In this document: positions 52,178 through 64,000 of the stretch, piece by piece
Layout of the letters: the number at the start of each line of letters is the position of its first letter
Position numbering within the stretch: the stretch's first letter is position 1
Assembly: GCF_018350175.1 (NCBI RefSeq)
Contig: NC_058368.1
Location: forward strand, 98,334,001-98,398,000
Length of the DNA stretch: 64,000 bases
Direction of reading: 5' to 3'
Source of the DNA: Felis catus
Taxonomy: Eukaryota
Position numbers and translations under genes: made by a program
Notes under the pieces: model-generated
What the model saw: only the letters and a program-made list of their open reading frames with translations
Told to the model about the DNA's origin: nothing
Databases searched by the model: none

Positions 52178-52810
52178 ATTCATTGTCTTGTGATATAAAA
52201 TCTCCTCTGTGTAGCTACTATATTAACATGTGAACTTGTTAGTGATTGTCTTAGAAAAGTTGCCCTATTTTTTATTTTTTATTTTTTTTTTAAATAAAAA
52301 ATAAAAACAAGAAAAGTAGAAAAGTTGCCCTATCACATGCTGTAGTTCCTCAGTTCCTCATTGGTAATGAATAATACAAGAACCTTAGAATACTTATATT
52401 TGATTACCAAGCCTCCTCCTGACTTACATGCTATTTGTTGGCAAGCGTTGAGTCTTCTGTACATAAAGATGGGTGTCTTTTATCAATTCTAGAAGTGTCC
52501 TAGCCATTATCTGTTTTGTTTTTCTTTTCTCATTTTCTTTCTGCCTTTCTGGAACTCCAGTCAGATTCCCACAGGTCCTTTCCACTCTACTTTCCATGGG
52601 TTCTCTCGGCTTGTTTTTCTTATTTATTATAGTCTTGCCACCATCACAGTTTTTATTTATAATTTTTTATTGTTGCCTCTATAATGTGAGTGCTAGAAGG
52701 GTAGTGATTATTCTCTGAACCATCATAGCATCTCCCACAGTGTCTGGCAGCAAGTGGATGATCAATAAATATATATTTTTTGAAAGTAAAAAAAAAATGA
52801 GATGAGTTGC

Positions 52811-52868
52811 AGAGCTTGCTTGAGATTCTCTCTCTCCCTCTCTGTCTGCCCCTCCCCAGCTCATGCTT

Positions 52869-52908
<40 letters not shown>

Positions 52909-52934
52909 AATAAGCAAACTTAAAAAAAAAAAAA
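52811..52934 (+). mobile_element. 5'-truncated CAN-SINE
   Basis: gagcttgcttgagattctctctc..., CT tract, A tail. Confidence 0.85.
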
Positions 52935-53591
52935 GCAAGTCAACTCTGAGAGAGCACCTGTTCCTTCAAGTTCATCCTTTCTCCCCAAAACATACTGTAT
53001 TTATTTGGCACAATTTACTTTGATTCAACATATTTCAGCTCTTTTCTATTAATTCCAGATGCTTTTTATCCATTTCTTATATTGCTTCTTCTGTACCTAG
53101 AAAACTGACTTTATCAGCTTGAGTGCTACCTTTTCTTGGTGTTTAGATGCCAACCTTTTTGTTTTTTTTTGTTTTTTTAATTCATTCTTACTGTTTTTTC
53201 CCCCACCAAACATTACTGAATTACTTCAGCGGTTCATAATGTGAGTATGCAATTTACTTATTACCTAGACTGCAGTCACTTTCGACCTGCTGAGCTATAC
53301 ATGTTCAGATGTCCAAAGCATGGTTTTTGCCTTATGTTCTTTTTATTGTAGTTTTCCCCCCTAAGAGCTTCATTGTTGCTTAATCTTATAAGGTGAATTT
53401 GTCTTTTGTGTTAGTTCTTATTTTTCATTGTCTGTAAATACCTTAAGTTGTGAATTCGGAATTAATCAGCTTCCCTCTGTCACCGATCATTGTTCAGGCA
53501 GATATAGGGAGTAGAAAGTCAAGTGGCAGCTTCTTGAGAAGCCAAAAGGAAGAGAGAAGAAAGTGACACCTTATAGCTATCCGCTTAGTAA

Positions 53592-53775
53592 ATGGTTTAA
53601 TGGTTAGGAGCATAGGCTCTGGAGCCAAACTGCCTAGGTTCAAATCTTAGCTCTACCACCTACTAACTTCATGACCTTGGAGAAGTCTCTTAACCTTCCC
53701 ATGCCTCAATTTCCTCTTATAGATAGATAATAAAGATGATAGTAATAATCATTCTTGAGTTTGGTGTGAAGAACA
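53592..53775 (+). mobile_element. MIR
   Basis: ggttaggagcataggctctggagccaaactgcctaggttcaaatcttagctctaccac..atgaccttgg..tgcctcaatttcctc. Confidence 0.88.
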
Positions 53776-54633
53776 CTCCAAAGTAACTGTTACGATTGTT
53801 GCAAATTTATTACTCTATTATATTTGTATATTGCCTGTGTATACATCTATATTTTTTAAAGACTCTCACCTAGTCATTCTAGAAGCCTCTGGAAACCATG
53901 CCAAATTTATGCCTTAGGCTTTACCTTTCACCAGACTTCCTACCTTCTACCTTCCACTTGAAACCACATCGCTAAGATCTGGCTTCCTTGGCTCACACCT
54001 TTCTGTTTCCTACCAAGAAAGTTTAAGGGACTTCTCCAAGGTCCTAGAGCTAGTAGGGATGAGGTCTGAAATGGAAGGTAGAAGATAGGGACCCTGGTCT
54101 TCCTATCCTATCCCATATTATTGACTGCTCAGTTGGTCTTCTTGGCTCTGGTTTCTTTCTCTCCACACTTTCTTTTCAGTCTCCCTCCATGTCTCCATTG
54201 TGAGGCAACAGTGTGTGTCCAAATGGTGTAGTTCCCCCACCCTGGGTCACTCCTTAAAACTAGGCATTGGGAAAATGGGAATTTTTTTCTCTTGTACTTT
54301 CTCTTTAGACAGATTTAGACTCTATTTATATTATTAGTTAATGTGGCCCTAGGCTAAGGCAATTGACATATGTCCATGTATATAATTATCATTTCTTTCA
54401 GGATTACCTCAGGCAGTTGATTAATCTCTCTTATGTGATTTGTGCAATGCTATTTCTCTGCTGTGTCTCTTCTGCTCTGGCTCCCAAAGAGAAACCTAAA
54501 TTAACCACATATGCACTGAGGGTGTGTAAACTAGTCACTATGTAAATTTGCATTCATATTCTAGACTTAACCAAAATGGCTGTCAAGATTTTTAGTCCTT
54601 TCCACAAAATCTTCATAGCCTTCATTTTACCCT

Positions 54634-55151
54634 GTGGTGATTAATGCTCTATACCAGCTTGGTTGGGCTATGGTGCCTACTTGTTTGCTCGGATACTAGT
54701 CTTCATGTTGCCATATAGGTATTTTGTAGATGTGATTAGCATTTACAATCAGTTGACTTGAAGTAGAAGAGATGACTCTTGGTAACATGAAAGTCCTCAA
54801 CCAGTCAATTGAATTCCTTAAGAGCAAAAACAGGTTTTCCAAGAGAAAGGAATTCCACCTCAAAACTCTAACACCGAAATTCAGTGTAAGTTTACATCTG
54901 TTAGCCTGGTCTGAAGATTTTGAGTTCAAGACTACAATTTCAACTCTTTCCTAAGTTTCCTGCTCACTGGCCTGGCTTACAGATTTTGGATTTTCCAGCC
55001 CCCATCATCACTTGAACCAATTCCTTATGATAAATTAATCTCCCTTTCTCTCTTCTTTCCCCCTCATGCCATCCCTCTTCCCCCACCACTCCCGCCAATT
55101 TCTGTTTTAATGTATTCTGTTCTATTTCTCTGGACAGCCCTGATGGTTATA
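54634..55151 (+). mobile_element. MLT2 (MLT2D-like) ERVL LTR
   Basis: tgtggtgattaat..ttggttgggctatggtgcc, agatgtgattagcatttacaatcagttgact, ttctctggacagccctga. Confidence 0.82.
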
Positions 55152-55281
55152 GATTTTGGTACCAGGAAGTAGGGTGCGACTGTTACAAATTCCTAAAAAT
55201 GTGGAAGGGGCTTTGAATTCGGGTAATGTGTAGAGGCTGGAAGATTTCTGATTCACATGACAGGAAGAGTCTAGATTATCC
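55152..55281 (+). mobile_element. MaLR-type internal sequence start
   Basis: gattttggtaccaggaagtagggtgc..cctaaaaatgtggaaggggctttgaattcgggtaatgtgtagaggctggaaga. Confidence 0.7.
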
Positions 55282-55684
55282 TGTGTGTTGTAAATGACAA
55301 AGTAAGTCCTAATTGTGGGAACCACAGAAACTACACTTGAAAAGGCAGATGAAATTAAAGGATTTATTGTACTCCTAGATCCTGGAAGAGGCCAGGCATG
55401 TCACGCCCCCAGAGGGCCATATGGAAAGGGGACCAAGAGAGTGGGGACAGGGACAAGTGCCTTTACTGGGGATCCAGGAAGAACACACACGCAAAAGGCA
55501 GGAGCTAATTTCATTGGTGTATTTGAATGTCCTTGGGTCACATGGGAGGACAGGAAGGGGAACTTGTAGGAGGGACCAGCCCAGTCACACTGATGGATCT
55601 CGTCACCTGGGCACACTATTCACAGACTGCTTGTAGGGATGTTGAGGCATTAGGGGAATAGAAGTTCTGAAGATGTGCAGTACA
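55282..55684 (-). mobile_element. MER74/MER89-like ERVL LTR
   Basis: TG...CA termini; atttattgtactcctagatcctgg, agggccatatgg, caagtgcctttact. Confidence 0.55.
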
Positions 55685-55733
55685 CCTTGAAATGGCATCT
55701 GGTAGGAATAAAGATATCAAATACAGTTCTCAT

Positions 55734-55946
55734 GGGGTGCCGGGGCGGCTCAGTCAGCTAAGTGTCTAGCTCTTGGTTTCTGCTCAGGTCATGATCTTAC
55801 AGTTCATGAGTTCGGGCCCTGCATTGGGCTCCATGCTGACTGTGTGGAGCCTGCTTGGGATTCTCTGTCTCCCTCTCTCTCTGCCCCTCCCTGGCTCTCG
55901 TGTTCTGTCTCCCTCTCTCAAAATAAATAAATAAGCTTAAAAAAAA
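55734..55946 (+). mobile_element. CAN-SINE
   Basis: Full body with head and A tail. Confidence 0.95.
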
Positions 55947-56009
55947 GACAATTCTGGTGGGAGCTTACGGGAAAAAAAAAAAAAGGAGAGACAAAGGGAA
56001 TGGAGGCAT

Positions 56010-56165
56010 ATAATGATGGATGTGGAGATGGGAGTGTGTATCTAAAAGTCAAGCAATACTAAGTGCTTCCATCAGCCACCAGAAACTAGGACCAGGGCAT
56101 GAGACATTTCTTCCCTTAGAGCCCACAGAAGGACACAACACTACTGATGCCATGATTTTAGACTT
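56010..56165 (+). mobile_element. MLT1 LTR fragment
   Basis: cagccaccagaaactagg..cccttagagcccacagaagg..tgattttagactt. Confidence 0.75.
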
Positions 56166-56175
56166 AAAAAAAATG

Positions 56176-56261
56176 TTTTTAATGTTTATTTATTTTTGAG
56201 AGAGAGAAAGAGAGTGGCGGATGGGTAGAAACAGAGAGACACAGAATCCAAAGCAGGCTCC
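56176..56261 (-). mobile_element. 5'-truncated CAN-SINE
   Basis: T tail, gagacacagaatccaaagcaggctcc. Confidence 0.85.
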
Positions 56262-58856
56262 AAGGCAGCACTTTCATAATAAAATATAACCACATAATAA
56301 AATTTTGAGGGGTGGGAGGACTATGCATATCTTTGCCTTAGTGACAGAACTAAGTATAAATACTTCCGGAACATAAGTGGACATGATCTTAAATTCTACT
56401 TGTTAGAGAATTATTCCTGATGCATCTGTAGGAAATTAATAGAGGAATAAAATAATTTTATAATAATGAGGCTCTGTAAAAAGTGAAAATGGTATCAATG
56501 GTAGGACATGATTAACTCAAGATAATATTGATGATTGACTAGAAGAAAACAGTCTTCCCCCAAATTGTAAGAATTCCAACTAAATGCATGTGTGGGTATG
56601 CCCAGTAGGATTTCTGCATCTTTTCTAAATGCTAAAGATAGTAGGTCTTCTTAGAATACTGACCTGGAAAGAACAATCAAATCTATTAATCTATTAATAT
56701 TTATTTATGAATATTAATATTGCTGACCTTTTAATCGTTTACTTAAAGGATTTCTTGTAGTAGCCTTCAATCAGATGTAAAAATGAAAGTCATGAATTGA
56801 ATATTATTCACCCCTATTGAAGGATTTGCTGGTTTCATGCCTGTAAAGAAATCCCTCGTAGCATAAAGGCTACCATCAGAAACCTTCCAAAATGGATACT
56901 CCAATTACCATTTTTTGCTTTGAGGATTGTGCCTCAGGATGGTGGTATCTAGTTTTCCTGTCTCTCATCTAATATCTCTGTGAGAAGGTCAGATATTATT
57001 TAGAAGCACTTGGCAAATTACTGATAGAGGCTATGGAAACTCTTTTTCTGAAATAGTTTTAGATGTTATTGATGCCTCTAGTTACTTCGGTCATATATGT
57101 AGTGGGGATTCTGCAGTGTAGTCCAAAGAGCCTGAGAGTATGAATCCTATCGCTGGTACTTAATGGCTGTATGACTTTAGGCAATCAGTGTGATTGCTTC
57201 ACTTTAGTACAGTTCTTCTGGGCAACAAAGAATAAAGAAAGAAATTAATATCCAGGGTGTCTTGGTTATTTGTGAGGCTGTTTGACTTTAAGGCAGGTAA
57301 GTCTCAAGTGATTGTCACTACATCAGTGTGGGAATGGAGGGGAGAAGGGGACAGAGTGGAAAGGTTCTCACTGCTCAAGTGAAAGGTCAAACCATGGTAA
57401 GATATTGTTTCCTCTATGTGGGATTAGCCTCCCATTGTCTCTGAGAAATTTGTTGGTCTTTGTGAGTATGCTAACCTCTCCATGACTGTGGTAGGGAGTC
57501 TGAGTTGGGACATTATGTCTTTTGCTCATCTTTCCTCAATGGGAAAGATAGTTACCCCCTCTAAGCCTGTGAATAGGGGCAGAAAATAAACAAGTGTGAG
57601 CACTACTCACATTTTCAGTGGAAGGTTTGGAGTTTTCTTATGTAGGCTGCTGGAATTCTCAGGAAGCAGATAGATACAGATATGGGTGGGGCAAGAGTGA
57701 GGAGGCCAACCTTAGAGGCAGGTCAGGAATCAAACTCCCATCTGAGGAGATTAAAGTGTGTCCACACCTTTGGCCCTCTATAGAAGAATAACTAAGTTAA
57801 TTGGATTTTTTCTCTTAGTTAACTTTCATTTTATACCCATCTGAGATTACCTTGCCTTACTTAAAAAAAGTCCCAATATACTTTATGAACAGTATAGTTA
57901 ATCATAAATTGGTTAATTACGTTGGTCCAGTGATGATTCACAAGTCCCAGGGAGAATGTCTATTCCATGTCATCTCTTCTAAGCTCTGTCAGGCAATGGC
58001 AGAATAGCATCAATGAACCCTTTCTCAGAAAGCCCCAGGGAGGTCTTAAGCTGAAGACCCAATGAGGCTCAACTTCTAAATTAACCCATCAGTTAATGAA
58101 ACCCCCACAAACCTGTAAGAGAAGAAAATAGAGAGGACCCCCCCCAACCATGCTACTTGACAGTTACAGATAATATAATTAAAGCACCTCCTATAAACTT
58201 AGCACATTGTAGGCACTCATGATGATGATGGTGATTATGGGAATGATAATTAAGGCTATAAAATGCTCTCCATTCCAATGAGTCGGTTATTGGAACTGGT
58301 TGGATCAAAATGGAAAACCCTGAAGGAGAGCACACTTTTCTTTGCTTAGAGAATAACGTGCATAGCTCCCATGTGTATATTAATAAATGTAATGTTAATT
58401 ATGGGGAAGATGATATGATTAATTGTAATAACCAGTGATTGCCATGCAGAAAAATGGTACTGTAACAGGAAGCAGGATAAAGGGGAATTCCCAGAGAGCC
58501 CATATCCCAAATAAAATAAATGTCACGTTGGTGATTCAACAGCAGTTTTGTTTGGCTGCAGTATAATCCATGTGCACCCTTGAGAACTTACTAGGAGAGT
58601 TTTAGCAAAGTTTCTGTTTCTGAAAAAGGAAGTGATTAAAACATAAAATAGATTCCATGTTCTATTAAACAGATGTACATAAAACATGTCATCCAGAGAA
58701 AAACAGTAGCGTTTTGAATATTTCACACAAAAATTTTATTGCAGCATGGGCCAAACTTATGAGTAATTTAGAAAATATTTTCTCAAAATATTCTTTCAAA
58801 GAAAATTCCTATTTCTAAGCCTTGCTCATAAAATACAAGCCTTTATGACTCTGTTT

Positions 58857-58858
58857 CC

Positions 58859-58926
<68 letters not shown>

Positions 58927-58972
58927 ATTTCTATCTACCTATCTATCATCTATCTATCATCTATCCATCTAG
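58857..58972. repeat. (TTTC)n followed by degenerate (CTAT)n
   Basis: Direct reading. Confidence 0.95.
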
Positions 58973-60872
58973 ATATATTTTCACTTGTTTTGCAACTTTG
59001 AACAAATCTTTCTTTATAGCTGAGGATAATGGGTAATAATTCTTTTCATGTTTTACATGGAAACACTGGTAGCAACACATGGAAGTCTTAATACGTTACC
59101 ATAGCCATCTCTGAGGTCATGGTCACATCATTTATCTCCAGTCTACATAGTTCAAGTCCAGACAGTGGTGAGAGGAGAAGATCCTTTAGCAGGAATATGT
59201 GCAATAAGAGCATTGCAGTATTTTCTGTTCTTTCTTTTGGGTGGGTGTGGGGAAAAGAGCTGCTTCTTCTGAAGCAAAAAACCAAGAGTGACAAAAGAAC
59301 CCATTGGCAAGATGGCGTATCGTAGATTTCCAGATGGCATAGCTTATTTTCCATCTGGATGCTACTAAAATGTACACTCAGGGTGTTCTGACCTACTGTA
59401 GGAGGGTAGGAGGATATTATTGGGAAAATCAGACATGTGTCCCTTACAGTTTGTGGGTTAAAGAAAAGGCTGTATTTCATCTATAGACATGTGAATGAAG
59501 AAAGTTGACTGGAGCCACCTCTGATTTTAAGGCAAGAAGAACATCCATCCACCTTTGGAATAAGCTTCATTCATTAGCTGGGAGAGGGCATGTACCTTCT
59601 TATGGGCCAAGTGAATGCTTAAAAGGTAGCCAGACTACAACCATCTTAAAAGGACTTTGGCCAAGAAGAATGTTTCCTGGTGTGATGGGACCTCAGGAGA
59701 AAGACACAGTGTAGGATTTACTGTTGGAAGTCAAGGGTTTATTGGTAAGGAATCAGATGGTGAGCATATAGGCAGAGGTGGACGTCTCAGTGGGGAATCT
59801 CAGGTGTTGTCACTTGTGTGTCCCACAAGGAAACACATTTGGGCATTTGCCTCACAGAGAGCTGACAATCACAGGGTAAAAGCACAGGTGAAATTTTCCC
59901 TCTTTTCTCTAATTCTGTCTTTATCCCTCATCCAGGAGGAATCAGAAGCAGCCATTCTTAGGAGTGCATTTGGATCAAGAAAAGAGAGAGAACAGGACAC
60001 AAACCCCCTTCTTTCATACAGATGCCCAGATTTGTGTCCAGTCTGAGGATGAGAGAACTTTTATATTGGGTCTGAGATTATAGTACTGAGATTACCCTAG
60101 ATTCTTACCACTTGGAAGTGACTTCTGTTTACCTACAAGCAACCAGAAAGCAATGGGATCTATTAAAGGAATACCAAGGAACGGGGCAAAGAGGTTGACC
60201 AGGAAAAAAATGGACTGTTTTCTGCTTATATCCTACTTACTTTGGCCCATTTAATAGACCAATTATATATGCCACTTATCATCTTTAACCAGTGCCATCT
60301 CCCAGCCCTGTCTATGTGAAAACCATCCTCTTTAATAAAAAAAGTTTAAATCTTGGAGGGAGGAAGACAGAGAGAATGAATGACTATGAGAGAGAAGAGA
60401 CTGGGCATGAAGTGGCCCAACACTGTTTTCTGAATAAGAAGCTAAAACTGAGACTAAATTCGACAACTTTAGCATCAGCACAGACATATAAGACCATTAG
60501 ACGGAGCTAGTAATTTTCTGTATGATGATCTCAAGACCAAAAAAGTTAAAGTATTTGCTTAATGTCACATAGCTAGGTATAGCAAGAGAACACATCCTGA
60601 TGTTAATGTTCCTGACTCCTAGGCTTAACACAAGAGTAAATGGTTTTACATGTAATACCCCAGGAGAAACCTAACTATAGTATCTTTTTTTCTGATTATT
60701 TGTTCTGGGCTTTGGCGCCTTTGAGATCATTACATCTTCCTGTGAGTTGAAGTTGAAGGCAAGATACGAGCTCCAAGTGACATCTTTGTTATTGATTGGC
60801 CTGCTAAAAATTCGTTTAGATTTTCCTTACATGCTCCCAGATCCAATTACGTATTTCCCCAGTCTGCAAAAT

Positions 60873-60873
<1 letters not shown>

Positions 60874-60904
<31 letters not shown>
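60874..60904. repeat. (CA)n microsatellite
   Basis: Direct reading. Confidence 0.95.
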
Positions 60905-60908
<4 letters not shown>

Positions 60909-61399
60909 AAATAAGGAAAGAGAAAAATGGATAGAGTGTTTGGGGATTAATTTCCACATGATATTTTCCATTTTACTAAAAGAAAATTAATAGGAAGCTC
61001 GGAAGCATTGAGTCTCTTTCTTCTCTGGGTCCAATAGAAACAATGATTTCTCACAATGAATTTATTTCAAGAAAAACAATACTGAACCCAAATATTTGGA
61101 GTTCCCAGTTTAATTTATTATACACTGAGTTTATGCATATTTTTCAACTTGTAGCAACTAGATTACTAGGGGACAATACAAACATTTACCTTTTCTATGC
61201 CAAAAGAGTGAATTGCAAATAGATTTGACACAACCTAAGAATGATAAATTGCTACTTTTATTTCCCTGGGAGGCAAATATATTTGCCCTTTTGGTAAATT
61301 AAAGTGAGTAACTGTGAACTATCTTTAGCTCTTCTAAACATGAGGATGCTTTGAATATGCGAGTAGCAGAAAACGTGTTCATATCAGAATCAATAAGAA

Positions 61400-62340
61400 A
61401 ATTTATTTACCTTTGAATGTAAGATAAGAGGTCTTCAGGTTGGTGGATTCAGTGGCCCAGTGATGTGGCCAGGAAGTAACTTTCTTTCTCCTTTCTACAT
61501 TTCTTTTATTCTCTCCTTTTCCCTAGCTTGGGTCGTTTCTGAACCAGACCCAGCTAATGAAAGTGGTATAGCAAGACTGCCATTTGCCTATTCTTAGTCT
61601 ATTCTCCCTTGCCCTATAAATAACAAAAAAAATATTATTTTGTTTAGGGCTGCAACACACTTGTCTTAAAAATTACATTCTCCCTCGTGGATAGTTAGAG
61701 TTACATGATTAAGTTTTTGTCAAGCACAAGTAATGTGTGGAACTTTGAAGTACACTATGGAGAGGGAGCATTCACTGTTTCTAAGTCCTGTCAATAATGG
61801 GTAATACTTGGGGTGCCAGGAATGATCTGCAAAAGAAAGTGTATTGAACCCTTACTCTCCTGCTCCCTTTCTCCTTTCCAGTTCAAATAAAGTTTTAGCA
61901 AATGGAAATAAGGACATAAACTAGATCTCTGAAGACTTTAGAGTTGTGCCACACTATGCCTGGTTGGTCTACCAGCAGAATTTTGTTTTAAGTTGACAGT
62001 TGACACTAATCACAACTGATTCAAATACCATGTTTTGGTGGTTTCAACCCTTGGTCTGAATCAGTCACTGTTAAGGGAGCTGGGATTAGCATAGCTGGTT
62101 TAAAACAGTGGTTCTCAACATGGGCTGTAGTTGAGAGTCATGTGGGGAGTTTTAAAAACCTGGGCTCTACCTCAGACCAATTAAATCAGAATATCTGGAT
62201 CAAAACCCAGACATTATGTATTTTTTAAAAAGCTCCACAGGTGATTACACTGTGCATCTGGCTGGGTTAGACCATCCAGAGTTACCCTTGGTGGGTCCAT
62301 CCCCAAACCACACTGCTGTTACACAAATGGGCAGTTGAGC
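61400..62340. mobile_element. Nested ancient MLT1-type LTR remnants
   Basis: ggattcagtggcccagtgatg; ttttgtttagggctgcaac..tacattctccctc; boundaries approximate. Confidence 0.45.
62106..62262. mobile_element. MER5-type hAT-Charlie fossil
   Basis: cagtggttctcaa..., agaccaattaaatcagaat, tttttaaaaagctccacaggtgatt. Confidence 0.8.
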
Positions 62341-63204
62341 TGGAAGTTGCAAAGTCAACTCCAACTTGCCCTGGAAACTACTCTCAAGAATGTTACAGAT
62401 CAGTAAGAAAGGGACAGTTTAAAAAGAAATATGCATATAGAATGCTGAAAGGCTTAGCAATTCTGTTGTCCTTATTCTCTTACAAACAATCAGAAAAATT
62501 TAGAGGGGAGACAGGAAAACAGTTTTGAGCCTCTGTTAAAATGCCACTATTTTATTATTGCCCTTTCTTTTGATAAAGCTAAAAGCTTTTTTGCCCCATG
62601 CCAACAGTTCACACTGAGGGCTGCACAATTTCCCTTTTTTTGACTGATCTCCTGCTGTACAAGAGTCTGTCTTTGTTCCCCATTTTTCTGGAAAATGCAT
62701 CCTTGGCAACTGTCATGCTATAGAGAACAAAACCTTCTCAGTTTACAATGAACTCTAAGATGAGTTGGCCTCTCGGAATTCTAGAGAATTATTCTGTCAA
62801 TTTGGGGGCATAAATAGCACTTCCGGGTCCACCAGACATCTAAGAATAGCAGAAACAATGGAAGATAGTAAATTTTTCTGGTTTGGGTAGTATAAAATGA
62901 CAGTCAATAAATAGAAAATATGATATCAGAATATGGGAAAATGTAGAAACTATGCACAAAGACACACAGTGAAAGGCAAAATTTCAAAGCTGAAGGACAT
63001 CTTCACAATGCAGTAGTGGGATGAGATAAAGATCTTGAGCTGCTTTGGTGGAGGTGGTAATGCTTTGAAAGAGAACATTATAAATAGTCTGGATTCAGAA
63101 GCTGCTTCATATAAATGTTGGCTGTGGATATGATTTCCTGTCTCCATGTGGACTGTCATTACGATCACTTAGTTTGCTCACACCCGGGGGCTTCCCAAGA
63201 ATTA

Positions 63205-63505
63205 CAGTCAATTCTCATTATTCATGGAATCAGTATTTGAGAATTCACCTATGTGCTGGCACCTATGGTCCCGCTTGTGCTATCATTCATAAAAATTCGA
63301 GTTGCCTGATGAACGTATTCCCAACTGGGGCCAAGCAAGGCCACGCTTAGTGTTCATTTGTCATAGTGTAATCAAGTGCCCTCTTCAGGGTCTATTTAGT
63401 GCCATACTTCACATTTTTGTGCTTTTTGTTTATAGTTTAGCTGTTTAAAATGGCTCCCAAGCCTAGTGCTGAAGTGATGTCTGGTCTTTCCATGTACCAG
63501 AGGCT
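63205..63505 (+). mobile_element. TcMar-Tigger fossil (MER2B-like), truncated
   Basis: TA then cagtcaattctcattattcatgga; ggtctatttagtgcca, gctgtttaaaatggctcccaagcctagtgctgaagtg. Confidence 0.75.
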
Positions 63506-63574
63506 CTTCTGTTGACCTTTTATAGTTTCACCCTCACCCCCAATCAGTGACCTTTGGTGACCATTAATCTGTTC

Positions 63575-63826
63575 TATATTTCTGTCATTTCAGGAATGGT
63601 CCCTATTTTTTATATATATATATATATATATATTATATTTCTGTCATTTCAGGAATGGTCCCTATTATATATATATATTTATAATTTATTTATAATATAA
63701 TTTATTTATATAGAAATATATAAATTTACATAATGTATTTATCCAATAAATACTAAATATTTAATATATTTTAATATATATTTACATTTATATATAATAT
63801 GTATTATATGTGTATATGTATTTTAT
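63575..63826. repeat. 33-bp direct repeat, (TA)n and AT-rich low-complexity tract
   Basis: tatatttctgtcatttcaggaatggtccctatt at 63575-63607 and 63634-63666. Confidence 0.9.
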
Positions 63827-64000
63827 AGGCACTTCATTTGTTGAGCTGTTGCTTGTGGGCTGGGCGAGTGTGCATATTCAACATAACTTGTGTTGCCAAC
63901 ACCACTCAGGTGAAAGTGGGGCACTGCCTTGTTTCACACCATTCAGCCTCGCTCATGCTCTCTGGGGGAAAGCAGCCAAAGTACTTGCACAGACTTGTTG

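Noticed and set aside
58771..58784. 14-bp palindrome agaaaatattttct
   Set aside because: Expected by chance in AT-rich DNA.
59657..60046. 129-aa ORF with an acceptor-like polypyrimidine tract near 59895-59934
   Set aside because: No recognisable protein similarity, non-ATG start and no matching donor.
62950..63168. 72-aa minus-strand ORF with PPPP
   Set aside because: No family match and no exon structure.
1..64000. tRNA genes, snRNA copies, CRISPR arrays, CpG island
   Set aside because: tRNA-like boxes all belong to SINE heads. I saw no snRNA copy, repeat-spacer array or CpG-rich tract.

Overview
Eukaryotic, AT-rich, CpG-poor genomic DNA from a carnivore, most likely a felid, judging by the CAN-SINE (SINEC_Fc-type) and L1_Fc-type 3' ends. 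I cannot support any protein-coding exon, RNA gene, CpG-island promoter or prokaryote-type system; the window reads as intergenic DNA or part of a large intron. The supplied ORFs are chance ORFs in repeats or short L1 ORF2p remnants. I counted 28 CAN-SINEs, several young L1 3' fragments, ancient L1M/HAL1/L2/MIR remnants, LTR remnants (LTR16 with ERV3-16A3-like internal, MER21-like, MLT1, MLT2, MER74/89-like), DNA transposon fossils (MER63A, MER5, Tigger-type) and microsatellites. All subfamily names come from recalled consensus similarity, not from a database run. The most interesting signal is retrotransposition architecture readable from target-site duplications (TSDs). (1) A 2.1-kb TSD-flanked insert looks like a two-step serial L1 3' transduction carrying an ancient HAL1 into a much younger L1. 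(2) A second insert combines a 3' transduction with a twin-priming inversion. (3) A third insert has its inversion breakpoint inside a probably transduced L1 tail. (4) Two head-to-head SINE pairs have TSDs that meet at a single TTTT|AAA(A) site. (5) A TSD-flanked poly(T)/poly(A) insert has no element body. One non-repeat segment (10475-10551) has paired RFX X-box-like motifs and a possible three-way-junction fold.
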